Below, piece by piece: positions 1 to 8,948 of a DNA stretch of 64,000 bases; position 1 is the stretch's first letter, and each line of letters starts with the position of its first letter. The position numbers were made by a program, and so were the translations under genes. Location: NCBI GenBank assembly GCA_945868805.1, contig CAMBMO010000004.1, positions 70,868 through 134,867 on the forward strand, written 5' to 3'. The notes below the pieces were generated by a model, which worked only from the letters and a program-made list of their open reading frames with translations, had not been told where the DNA came from and did no database searches. The stretch is from Singulisphaera sp. GP187 (GTDB lineage Bacteria; Planctomycetota; Phycisphaerae; Phycisphaerales; SM1A02).

Positions 1-704
1 AGGAGGATTCCGATGAAACCAATCGAGATGCGTTGGCGAAGCGACTCGAGCAGAACGGTGTGTGCAATCCCGAAAACCGGATTGGATGAGCTCATGAGCG
101 CGAGGGTGACTCTCATGAGTAACTGAAAGAGGAGAATGAGAAAACCGATGCCAGCGACCGCGACGACCCAGTCCAGCTGCGAGCTCCGCCAAAATATCGC
201 CATCAAGAGCGAAGTCGCCAGCGTGATCACGATTGACTGAATCGCCATGCCGACCCACACCGCGAGCACCGCGAGCGCGATCAACGATGCCGCGATTCCA
301 GAGACCAACCACGGTCGCTCGACGACATTGATCGGCGCCCAATTTGGGGCGACAGCGGAAGCGACAAAGGAGGAGACATAGCCGACCTCCCCAATTCGTC
401 CATCGCGTGCGAACATTTGGTCGGAGGCCGCCTGAATCCGGACACTTCCGATTTCGACGCCGTCGACAGTCACGGTCCCTCGCTCGATCAATTGCATCGC
501 GATGGGATTGCGTTGCGCGATGTTCGCCTCCGAAAGAACCACTGCGATTCGGTCCCGAAGTGCCGAGTACTCGAACGAAGACCAACAGAGCGGCCCCAAT
601 GTTGCCACCCCGACGACCACGAATACGACCGTCAGAATCATCCGCCCCCGCGTCGTGTCTTGCCAGGAGGAGAGGCGCTCTCGCCATTGGCCGATCCGAA
701 TCAC
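1..704 (-). CDS. Integral membrane protein, C-terminus cut by window edge; probable permease partner of the adjacent ABC ATPase
   Basis: The minus-strand frame stays open to position 1 and is absent from the ORF track because it runs off the window. GTG at 704-702 overlaps the ATPase stop (GTGA). The translation VIRIGQWRERLSSWQDTTRGRMILTVVFVVVGVATLG...WLVSGIAASLIALAVLAVWVGMAIQSIVITLATSLLMAIFW...VVAVAGIGFLILLFQLL contains several hydrophobic helices. Confidence 0.45.
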   Translation of the reverse strand, partial: MIRIGQWRERLSSWQDTTRGRMILTVVFVVVGVATLGPLCWSSFEYSALRDRIAVVLSEANIAQRNPIAMQLIERGTVTVDGVEIGSVRIQAASDQMFARDGRIGEVGYVSSFVASAVAPNWAPINVVERPWLVSGIAASLIALAVLAVWVGMAIQSIVITLATSLLMAIFWRSSQLDWVVAVAGIGFLILLFQLLMRVTLALMSSSNPVFGIAHTVLLESLRQRISIGFIGIL

Positions 705-1939
705 TCTCGCTTCTCCCGACCGCCGTCGATGAGGTCGTCGATCACTCCACGATCGACCGATGGAGTCGGCGCCGCGGGAGTCGGGGGGATCGATTCCTTC
801 GCCTGCGTCGCGGACGGGGTCATCAGTTCCTTCAGGAGTGCGTCGTTCTGTGTCTTCTGCGCCACGACTGAAGGCGCGCCGACATGCGAAGGATGCAAAG
901 GATGCGAAGGGCGTGGTTGATCGATTTTCGCGGAACTTTCGAGGCTCGCGATCACGCCTGCCCCGGAAGCTTCACCACTTTCACCCAGCAAGAATGCTGC
1001 GGTTCGACCACCTTGACTCGCTCCACTCGTCGCAGCCTGCTCGACGCGCGCGCTCTCGACGATACTCATGAACAGGTCTTCGAGTTTTTGCCTCGGAGAA
1101 TCGACCCGCTCGATCGCTACGCCTTCTTCACGACGAATGAGTTCGTCGATTTTCTCAATCGTCTTCGCCTTCAATCTCTGAACGCTGATCGTGGTTCGCT
1201 TCGTGTCGCACAACAGCTCATCCACCGTCCCTGCGGCACGAATCTTCCCACCGTACAGAACGACCATGCGATCGCATACATCTTCGACATCTGCCAAGAG
1301 ATGGGATGAAAGCAAGACCGTCTTCCCTCTGCGACGAAGATCAAGCAACAGATCCTTCACTTGTCGCGTTCCAATGGGGTCTAGTCCCGAGGTCGGCTCG
1401 TCGAGGATGAGAAACTCTGGATCATTTATCAGCGCCTGCGCGATCCCAAGACGACGAGACATTCCCTTCGAAAACTCTCCGACTGCACGATGAGCTGCGC
1501 CGTCAAGCCCGACCATCTCGAGCAGTTCCTCGCTTCGACGAAGACGAATTCGGCGCGGAATCCCGAAGAGCTTGCCGAAGTAATCGAGCGTTTCCTTCGG
1601 ATTGAGGAACCGGTACATGTACGACTCTTCGGGCAAGTACCCGATGCGCGATTTGATCGAAACGTCCGAAGGATCTCGATCAAAGACGGTGAGCCGTCCC
1701 TTGCTCTTGCGAAGCAGACCGAGGATCATCTTGATGGTCGTGCTTTTTCCTGATCCATTGGGCCCGAGCAATCCAAAGATCTCATGCGGGCGAATTTCAA
1801 AGTCGATGCCGTCGACGGCTCGCGCCTTGTCACGGAGCCAGAAGTCGCCAAAGACTTTGACGAGTCCTTGTGCGTCGACGATCGGGCGTGACTTGATTGG
1901 TGTGTCGGGTGAACTCATTCGGCTGAACTTTTCGGGCAA
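701..1939 (-). CDS. ABC transporter ATP-binding protein with a long low-complexity C-terminal tail
   Basis: Walker A GPNGSGKST, ABC signature SKGMSRRLG, Walker B FLILDEPTSGLD and H-loop SSHLL are present. About 110 S/A/P/G-rich residues follow the ABC core. Confidence 0.9.
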   Translation of the reverse strand: MPEKFSRMSSPDTPIKSRPIVDAQGLVKVFGDFWLRDKARAVDGIDFEIRPHEIFGLLGPNGSGKSTTIKMILGLLRKSKGRLTVFDRDPSDVSIKSRIGYLPEESYMYRFLNPKETLDYFGKLFGIPRRIRLRRSEELLEMVGLDGAAHRAVGEFSKGMSRRLGIAQALINDPEFLILDEPTSGLDPIGTRQVKDLLLDLRRRGKTVLLSSHLLADVEDVCDRMVVLYGGKIRAAGTVDELLCDTKRTTISVQRLKAKTIEKIDELIRREEGVAIERVDSPRQKLEDLFMSIVESARVEQAATSGASQGGRTAAFLLGESGEASGAGVIASLESSAKIDQPRPSHPLHPSHVGAPSVVAQKTQNDALLKELMTPSATQAKESIPPTPAAPTPSVDRGVIDDLIDGGREKRE

Positions 1940-1954
1940 GTCGCTCCTTCGCGA

Positions 1955-3397
1955 TCACTCTTTTCCGAAACCCTTGTCGCCAGTTGCCTCGAGACGGCGA
2001 CCAGGGCGATCGATCATGATCTGCCTGCTTCCAAGTTGAAAGGATGGCAGATTCGCACCGATCATCGAGGCCGCCAACTTCTTTCGGGCAAGTTCCGCAT
2101 CGCGCCTCGTCTGCATCATCGTTGGCGAACTCTTCACTCGAATCGCATACCGCCCCAGTTCATTCGGAACCGAGAAAACTTCGACCTCGTTCTGCGTGAT
2201 CGCCTGTCGTACTGCGTCGAGCCAGAGTTGCTGAATCAACTGAAGCGGATTTTCCTTGTAGCTCGGTGCGAGGCTCTCCAACCTTCGCGACTCCTTTGCC
2301 AAGGTCGATTCGAGCACTGACTGATAGGCCTTGGCTCCCGTGATGATGCGCGCGGCATCCCCACTGATGTCTGCCTCTTCGAATCGGAGCCCAATCTTTC
2401 CCAGGAGCGCATCCGAACCTGCCTGGTCGCCTGAAGTGAGCAGCAACTCGTACTGATGAATCATCGCGAGAATCTCGCCGTACTTCGGTCCCGCCGCTCC
2501 AACGAGTTTCGAGTTCGCATCCTGCCGCGCGCGCTCGAGGTTCGTCTTCATGTCTTCGCGCGCCGTCTGGACTCGACGAAGTGACCCGCGGACAGCGAGT
2601 GGCGCGGTGCGCTCCAAAATTGTGACCGATCCGATCTGGATTCCGCTCTGCAACGCATTAAGCGACTCTTGCATTCGCTGCCGAATTTCGAGGGCTGGCG
2701 TATCGCGTTGTTCCAGCAGATCGCTGAGCGTGTACTGCGCGGCAGTTTGAACGACCGCTCGACGAAGCGTGCTTCGAACCAAGGCGTCTGTCTTGTCCGC
2801 GCTGATCTGCCGCAACATCGCGACTGGATCCGCGATGGAATACTCGACCGAAAGTTGAAGATGCGCCAAGTCACCGTCTGCGGTGATGACCGAACCATCT
2901 CGTCCTGGTCGAATCGGGGTATTGACATCCGCAGAGTCCGTCGCAGCCTCGACCGTGACATCCTTCGTGGTCCGCTCCGGCCAGAACGCATCGACAACAT
3001 CGAGGCTCTGCCGTTGTTGCATTGTCGTGAATTCGCCGACGGGATATGGCCAAAATGGTTGGAGTCCAGGCTCCACTGTTTCTTCGCCAGGTTCGCCAGC
3101 AACCTTTCCAAACACGGTTCGGATGCCGGTGACGCCCTCGGGAATTTGCTGAAATCCCGAGACCAGAAATGTCACAACCAGCCCAGCGATCGCCAATTGA
3201 AGGATGCGATACGACAGTCGGAGCGCTTCACCCAAGCTCTGGTTGGCTGGATCCATCGCTTCGCGCATCGAAGCGCGATCGCTTCCCGTCGAGCCCACGC
3301 TCAAGCGTGCACTTTTGCCAAGTCGCTCCGCATGCGGAGCATCTGTGTCATGCTCACCGCCGGAATCAGGAACTGGATCAGGGCTCTTGGGCGACAT
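1955..3397 (-). CDS. SPFH/band-7 domain membrane protein (HflK-like)
   Basis: One TM helix (ILQLAIAGLVVTFLVSGF) is followed by an SPFH-like core (GIRTVFGKV...LQPFWPYPVGEF...LAHLQLSVEYSIADP) and a long helical tail. It lies 15 nt upstream of the ABC ATPase gene. Confidence 0.7.
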   Translation of the reverse strand: MSPKSPDPVPDSGGEHDTDAPHAERLGKSARLSVGSTGSDRASMREAMDPANQSLGEALRLSYRILQLAIAGLVVTFLVSGFQQIPEGVTGIRTVFGKVAGEPGEETVEPGLQPFWPYPVGEFTTMQQRQSLDVVDAFWPERTTKDVTVEAATDSADVNTPIRPGRDGSVITADGDLAHLQLSVEYSIADPVAMLRQISADKTDALVRSTLRRAVVQTAAQYTLSDLLEQRDTPALEIRQRMQESLNALQSGIQIGSVTILERTAPLAVRGSLRRVQTAREDMKTNLERARQDANSKLVGAAGPKYGEILAMIHQYELLLTSGDQAGSDALLGKIGLRFEEADISGDAARIITGAKAYQSVLESTLAKESRRLESLAPSYKENPLQLIQQLWLDAVRQAITQNEVEVFSVPNELGRYAIRVKSSPTMMQTRRDAELARKKLAASMIGANLPSFQLGSRQIMIDRPGRRLEATGDKGFGKE

Positions 3398-3399
3398 CG

Positions 3400-4368
3400 T
3401 CAGGGTGTTCCGCTTCCGATTGGAGTACCCGAGGATCCCTGCTTCGCGCCCTCGACCGCATAGGGCTTCTTCGGCTGGGGAATTCCTCCTGGGCCGGCGG
3501 GAGCTGACAGATCAAGCAGATGGAATGGAGCGCGATTGAGATCCGTCACGAATGTCGTGCTCCCCGAGAGTGAGCCTTTGAGAGTGTCGAGCCATGTCAA
3601 GAAAATCGCAAGCTCGGCTTCCTTCTTCATGAGTTGGTAGTACCGAGTCGCCTCTTCGTTGCCCATCGCTTCGATCTCCGCGGCCCACTGCTCTGCGAAG
3701 CTCTGAATCGTTCCAGCTGAACTCTGCGCCTGACTCCTGATCGCCTCCGCTTCGGAGTTTCCCTTCGACTCTTCCAAATTTGCCAACGTCTCTTGGACGG
3801 CTGCCATTCGGCGCAGGACCGCGACCGTCGTCTTTGGTGGAAGGACGATTTGTGAAATCCCTACGCTTACTGGGTCGATTCCGACAAGCTTAGTTGCGCG
3901 TAGGTCGCTGAGGATCGCGGTTTCCGCTTCGGCAATCTTGCTTCCTTGCCCGATCAGATCCCCGAATGCATATCCACCCAAGGAACGAACCGCTCCTTGC
4001 AGTCGAGTCTCGAGTTCCTTGCCGGCCGCCTCGATCGATCCGTACGAGACGAAAAACTGGAGTGGAGCGTCGCCCGCTTCCTCGACGCGCCAAAGCAAAT
4101 ACGCCTGCACGAGGACTTGCTGTCCATCCTTGGTCAACACCATCTCAAGCGGACTCTCGATGAATTGCAGTCTCGAGTCAAGTTTGGTGACCTGGTCAAT
4201 GAAGAGCGGCGCCTTCAGGTGTAACCCCGAATCTCGTTGAACGCCGGCAGGCTTCCCAAAGCGCGTCAAGACTGCGATTTCGTGGAAGTTGACCGTATAC
4301 GTTGTGTTGAACAGAACGAGCACAACAACGATGAGTGATGCGATGACAATGGGAATTTTGCGAATCAT
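3400..4368 (-). CDS. SPFH/band-7 domain membrane protein (HflC-like)
   Basis: An N-terminal TM helix (IPIVIASLIVVVLVLF) is followed by FHEIAVLTRFGKP...GLHLKAPLFIDQVTKLDSRLQ...TKDGQQVLVQAYLLWRV, which is typical of the HflC/prohibitin fold. There is a 2-nt gap to the next SPFH gene. Confidence 0.8.
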   Translation of the reverse strand: MIRKIPIVIASLIVVVLVLFNTTYTVNFHEIAVLTRFGKPAGVQRDSGLHLKAPLFIDQVTKLDSRLQFIESPLEMVLTKDGQQVLVQAYLLWRVEEAGDAPLQFFVSYGSIEAAGKELETRLQGAVRSLGGYAFGDLIGQGSKIAEAETAILSDLRATKLVGIDPVSVGISQIVLPPKTTVAVLRRMAAVQETLANLEESKGNSEAEAIRSQAQSSAGTIQSFAEQWAAEIEAMGNEEATRYYQLMKKEAELAIFLTWLDTLKGSLSGSTTFVTDLNRAPFHLLDLSAPAGPGGIPQPKKPYAVEGAKQGSSGTPIGSGTP

Positions 4369-6788
4369 TTCTGATCCTTCTTCTCGAGGTAGTCGCCAAG
4401 GTTGAGCCCTGGTTCTGGTTGTTCCATCTGAACGTCAAAGTCGACGCGAGATGGATCGATTGCAAGCACATACTTGATTCGTGCGGAAGCCAAGGCGCGA
4501 GAGAGCACCAACATGATCGCTCGCTCTCGGTAGATTTCGGGCGCAGCTCGATAGGACGCGGCCTGACCGAGCACTTCGCTAGTGGTCCCGCGCGCACTCA
4601 TGAGCATCTCCCAACGACGCGCGCGCGCAGCGCCGATGACGCTGGCAGCCTGTGCACGAGCATCGACGAGCATCTTCTCGATTGCGGCACGTTGCGATCG
4701 CGCCTGCGGAGAATCCTTCCCAGAGGCCTTCTCCGTCGCCCTGAGTGCGATGATGTCGCTGACGACCCGTTGGGCCACCTCAGGACTTCCCACGAGCGTC
4801 GACATAGTCGTGTTCACCAAACGACGCGCCTCATCGATGACCTTGCGCGAGTTCTGAATGTCGATCGAGAGTTCTTCGAACATCCCCGTCGATTGACTCG
4901 CGGGCGGACGCAGGATCGGAATGAGCACTCCGACGACTTCGACGCCACTTCGGGATCGGTCGAAAGAAGCCTGGATCCGTTCCTTGAGCTGTTGGACGAG
5001 CGAATCCCCTGATGGCGAGAGCACCTGGTCGATCGAGCGCGTCGAAAGCAGTTGACTGACTTCTCTCATCGCCAGAGCCTTCAAGACACGCTCCCGAGTG
5101 TCAAGAACCGTCCGTCGCGACCTTGAATCGCTCGAGAAATTGAGATAGTTGAGCAGGCCGTCCGACTTCACTCGATACTCGAGGACGATGTCCGCATCGA
5201 CGAGTGCAAACTGCGTTGCAACCCTCGTTGGATCCAGACCATCTGTGGAATCCGAGCCATCGGATCCCGCAACGAATGAAGTGACGGGGCCGCCGATCGC
5301 CGATGGATCAACCGCAGCACTCGCCGAACTCGCGAGCACGATGAACGGAAGTCGATCTGGATCTGGCTCTCCCTCGACCGTCCAAAGATTGACTTTCGAA
5401 GTCGGCAGCAATTTCGATCCGAGGACGAGCGACCGAATCTGACCGACATCGAATCGTTCGATCGACTCGAATGGCCACGGCCACTTCATCACCAGCGATC
5501 CCTGCGCGACATCACCGATCACCTTCCCGCCACGCAACCGAACCGCTTGCTCACCTGGCTGAACAACGACGACCATCGACATCAGCACCAGAATGGCGAC
5601 GCCGAGCACGACGAGACGGAGCGTGCTTCGCAGGAGCAGTTGATATCCCCAAGAGCTCGTGATATCGAAACCGAACTGGTAGTTGACCGCCTCGTTGATG
5701 CTGCGCACGATCGAGTCGGGAGCCGCGGCGAGTCCAAGCAATTTCGAGTCGAAGGCCGGTCGCGACGATTCCGACCTGCGCCTCGGTCGATAGATGTTCA
5801 GAATCAGATTGAGACCGATTTCGCAAGCGATGACCGCGACAAATATCGCAATCCCATAGGCGACTCCCTCGAGGACTTGGGGTTTTCGAAAAACCTGAAA
5901 GAGAATTCCAACCGCTACCGCGAGAAGAACGAGGGCGTTTCCCACCATGACACCAGCGCCACCCCGCAAGTTTTGCCAAGCGGGTTGCTGAGCCATTCCC
6001 GCCACAAATCTTGAAAAGATGAATGTTGCGAGCGCGAGAGTCGCGCAGATTGCCAATTGCCAACCCAGGTTTGGCGCGACATCAAACACCGTTGCGGTCC
6101 CGGTCGTGCTATCAAGCCGCCCGAGCCATACAAGCGTGAAAAACGAGATCGCCCCCAAGATCAGCGCAACCGCCAAGCTGACGATGGGCATCAGCCACTG
6201 ATCCATCACGCGCAATCTGCGAGTGGCAGATTGGCTTTCCTCGCGCTCCCCATCGAAAACACTCTTTGCCCCACCGCGGAGTCGGGCGATCTCTTCGTTC
6301 TCGAGCGCCTCGATTCGTTCGAGGCGGTGCTGATGGAAGAGCACCATTAATGCCACCCAGACGATGGTGCCTGTGAGTACATAAACCGAGGCGAGAATGA
6401 AGGCCGAATCCCCCGCCGCTCTCCCAAAGACGAGGAGGAAAAGCCCGAGGAGCGATTGCGTGGCGAGTCCGAGAGCGGAGACGCGCGTCGCCTGTTGGTA
6501 CACAAATTGATCTCGGGTCATGTCTGCGAGTACTTTACGGTCAATCCAAGGTTCTGGTTCGAGAGCCTGGGTCGCAATCTCAGATGCAAACAGTCCGACA
6601 GAAATCGGCGTAGAGTGAAGTGGTTCTTGCCCACGCTTACCAGCTTCTGGTTCGTGGGCTTTGTCTGGCGATCCGCTCGATCCAACACGACTTCCACCTC
6701 GTTGCACAATGGCCTTCTTTGAACAACTTCTCGCCATCCTGCGAAACACGTTTTCCGAATGCGTCCGGCAGCCGATTTCGCTCGTCAT
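4365..6788 (-). CDS. Polytopic membrane domain fused to an SPFH/band-7 domain
   Basis: About seven hydrophobic helices fill the first ~400 aa (e.g. AFILASVYVLTGTIVWVALMVLF, GAGVMVGNALVLLAVAVGILFQVF). An SPFH core follows (VVVQPGEQAVRLRGGKV...MKWPWPFESIERFDVGQ). It overlaps the next gene by 4 nt. The start is uncertain, with alternative Met codons at 6737 and 6521. Confidence 0.7.
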   Translation of the reverse strand: MTSEIGCRTHSENVFRRMARSCSKKAIVQRGGSRVGSSGSPDKAHEPEAGKRGQEPLHSTPISVGLFASEIATQALEPEPWIDRKVLADMTRDQFVYQQATRVSALGLATQSLLGLFLLVFGRAAGDSAFILASVYVLTGTIVWVALMVLFHQHRLERIEALENEEIARLRGGAKSVFDGEREESQSATRRLRVMDQWLMPIVSLAVALILGAISFFTLVWLGRLDSTTGTATVFDVAPNLGWQLAICATLALATFIFSRFVAGMAQQPAWQNLRGGAGVMVGNALVLLAVAVGILFQVFRKPQVLEGVAYGIAIFVAVIACEIGLNLILNIYRPRRRSESSRPAFDSKLLGLAAAPDSIVRSINEAVNYQFGFDITSSWGYQLLLRSTLRLVVLGVAILVLMSMVVVVQPGEQAVRLRGGKVIGDVAQGSLVMKWPWPFESIERFDVGQIRSLVLGSKLLPTSKVNLWTVEGEPDPDRLPFIVLASSASAAVDPSAIGGPVTSFVAGSDGSDSTDGLDPTRVATQFALVDADIVLEYRVKSDGLLNYLNFSSDSRSRRTVLDTRERVLKALAMREVSQLLSTRSIDQVLSPSGDSLVQQLKERIQASFDRSRSGVEVVGVLIPILRPPASQSTGMFEELSIDIQNSRKVIDEARRLVNTTMSTLVGSPEVAQRVVSDIIALRATEKASGKDSPQARSQRAAIEKMLVDARAQAASVIGAARARRWEMLMSARGTTSEVLGQAASYRAAPEIYRERAIMLVLSRALASARIKYVLAIDPSRVDFDVQMEQPEPGLNLGDYLEKKDQK

Positions 6789-7746
6789 CCTCGTGATCTC
6801 GACGCTCCTCGTCCTGCTGAGTAATCCGCTCTCGGCCTTTACGATGTCGGACGATCAGCGCATGTATGTCGACATCGGGCTCTCGACTGTATTCATGTGT
6901 GGCGCGATCTTGGCATCCTTCCTGGCAACTGCTGTCGTCGACCGAGAAATCACAAATCGCACAGTCCTGATGGTGGTTTCAAAGCCAGTTCCGAGAGCGA
7001 CATTCGTCTTGGGGAAGTACCTCGGAGTGACACTTGCACTCTTCGCAATCACCGCAGTCCCCGCAACGAGCTTTCTGCTGGTGGAGGTTCACGGCGTCAT
7101 GCAGACTGCCGCAACTCCCATTCGCTGGCCAGTCGTCGTCTTCGGGCTCCTCGCTGTCGCGACGACGATTGGGACGGCGACTTGGTGCAACATTTTCTAT
7201 GGGAAATCCTTCGCGGCACTCACTTCCCTGATCGGCGGTCCTCTCCTCATCGTCGCCTACATCCTTTGTCTCTTCTTCGACTGGGATTGGTCGACGATCA
7301 GTGCGACGAAAGAGTTTCGTGGCGATCTGGTTGTATCGATACTTCTAATGTTTCTATCGCTTACGGTGATCGCAGCGATCGCCGTCGCGTTGAGCACCAG
7401 ACTGGGACAAGTGATGACCATCGGGATTTCGTTGGGAATCCTCGTACTTGGACTGCTTTCAGATTGGATCTTCGCGCGCAGGATTCTTGCACTCGAACAG
7501 GTCATCGCAGTTCGCGATGCCGTCGAAGGTCGTGCGTTTGGAATCGACGATCTTGCTCTCTATGGATACAAATTTGGCTACGCAGCACTTCCGAATTTTC
7601 AGGTCTTTTGGGTTGTCGACGCGGTCAATCAAGAACAGGCGATTCCGTTGGAATACCTCGAATTGGTCGTTCCATACGGTGTTCTGATGACGATCGCCGC
7701 TCTCGCGATCGCGGTGGCGCTCTTCCAACGCCGGGAAGTCGGCTAG
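6709..7746 (+). CDS. ABC-2 type transporter permease-like membrane protein
   Basis: The ORF runs 6661-7746. I prefer the ATG at 6709 (MAFFEQLLAILRNTF). It has multiple TM helices and the REITNRTVLMVVSKPVPRATFVLGKYLGV segment typical of ABC-2/NosY-like permeases. Confidence 0.65.
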   Translation: MAFFEQLLAILRNTFSECVRQPISLVILVISTLLVLLSNPLSAFTMSDDQRMYVDIGLSTVFMCGAILASFLATAVVDREITNRTVLMVVSKPVPRATFVLGKYLGVTLALFAITAVPATSFLLVEVHGVMQTAATPIRWPVVVFGLLAVATTIGTATWCNIFYGKSFAALTSLIGGPLLIVAYILCLFFDWDWSTISATKEFRGDLVVSILLMFLSLTVIAAIAVALSTRLGQVMTIGISLGILVLGLLSDWIFARRILALEQVIAVRDAVEGRAFGIDDLALYGYKFGYAALPNFQVFWVVDAVNQEQAIPLEYLELVVPYGVLMTIAALAIAVALFQRREVG

Positions 7747-7790
7747 TTCAGTTTCGAGAACCCAAGCTCTGCGACACCAGAATATCGCAG

Positions 7791-8915
7791 TCAGTTTCTT
7801 GCGCCAGCGGCTGCGTTCTGCATCTCTTTGATTTGCTTTCGCATCTGCACGATTTCAGCTTCGAACTGCTCGATCGCCTCTTCGGGGATGTTCAGCTCGT
7901 AGACCATCGCGGCCTTGCACTTCTTGAACCAGTCGATGATTTTCTGAGTGTTTCTGATCCGAGCCTGAAGGAATGCAATCCCGCCCTGGCTCGTACCTTC
8001 GATCCCGCGCTTCTGCAGAAGGAGCGGAACCTCATCCTTCGCACCCTTGATGAGTTTCTGCCACTTCGTGGAGATGACCTTGCCGGCGTTGTTCACCTCG
8101 AACTTCGTAGGGTCATCGAGACCGAGTTCTCGGAAGAGGTCCGCTTCCGTTGCAGCGGTCCCATCAGAAAATCCACAGTGCTCAGCGGATTGCGCACTGA
8201 AATCGAGGTTCTCCTCGCGGTTGCTCAGCGGGTACTTCCCCTTCATGTTGGGATAGAAAGTCACCTTGTCCCCAACCTTGTCGTACGAAAGTTCGACTTC
8301 GGAGTGAACCATTGCGGGTCCGATGAGTGGATCTCGATCGCCCGTTTGGCATGCCTGGGCAACGCGTTCCTTCCAGTCCTCGCGGACAGCCGTCACTTCT
8401 GTCCGGCCGGAAAGCATCGTGATCGACCCAAGCGCCGCTTCGGGCATGAAGTACATCTCGTTTGCGTAGAGGGCGGTAAACGCGCCACCCGAAATCGCCT
8501 TTTCAATCCATGCGACAAGTCGATGCTTGTTCTTGATCCGGGTGAGAGACTCTGCGATCTTGTCGCCTTCGATGACGAGTCCGCCGTTCGAATTGATACG
8601 GATGATGAAAATCTGTCCCGGACCGTATTTGTCGGCGATCTTCTCGAGTTGCTCCATTTCGTCGTGCCGAAGTCCGACACCCACCATGCCGTCGAGTGGA
8701 AGAATGAAGACCTGTTGTTTCTTTCGTTCGTCAGTCGCTTCAGCTGGTGTCGCCTTCGACTGACCGCTCGGCGCGACATCTGTCGCCTTTGGCTTTGTCG
8801 GAAGAGTCGAAGGAGGGTTCTGGGTCTGTGCTGACGCATCGACAGACAGCGTCAGGCACGCAAAGCATGCGATAGAAAACCAACGTGTCGAACTCATGGA
8901 TCGATTGTGCTTCAT
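7791..8915 (-). CDS. Exported ClpP-fold serine peptidase-like protein (NfeD/SppA-like)
   Basis: A signal peptide is present (WFSIACFACLTLSVDASAQ). IRINSNGGLV and AISGGAF match the NfeD/S49 pattern around the nucleophile Ser. The C-terminal region looks like a coiled coil. Confidence 0.6.
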   Translation of the reverse strand: MKHNRSMSSTRWFSIACFACLTLSVDASAQTQNPPSTLPTKPKATDVAPSGQSKATPAEATDERKKQQVFILPLDGMVGVGLRHDEMEQLEKIADKYGPGQIFIIRINSNGGLVIEGDKIAESLTRIKNKHRLVAWIEKAISGGAFTALYANEMYFMPEAALGSITMLSGRTEVTAVREDWKERVAQACQTGDRDPLIGPAMVHSEVELSYDKVGDKVTFYPNMKGKYPLSNREENLDFSAQSAEHCGFSDGTAATEADLFRELGLDDPTKFEVNNAGKVISTKWQKLIKGAKDEVPLLLQKRGIEGTSQGGIAFLQARIRNTQKIIDWFKKCKAAMVYELNIPEEAIEQFEAEIVQMRKQIKEMQNAAAGARN

Positions 8916-8948
8916 CGTGAACTCCGTTGATTCGTCAATTCCGTAGAA

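Noticed and set aside
6897-8834. 645-aa plus-strand ORF spanning the permease gene and the antisense strand of the NfeD-like gene
   Set aside because: Its composition is Arg/Ser/Cys-rich with no motifs. It overlaps two genes that have clear membrane or protease signatures. This is a typical antisense open frame in GC-rich DNA.
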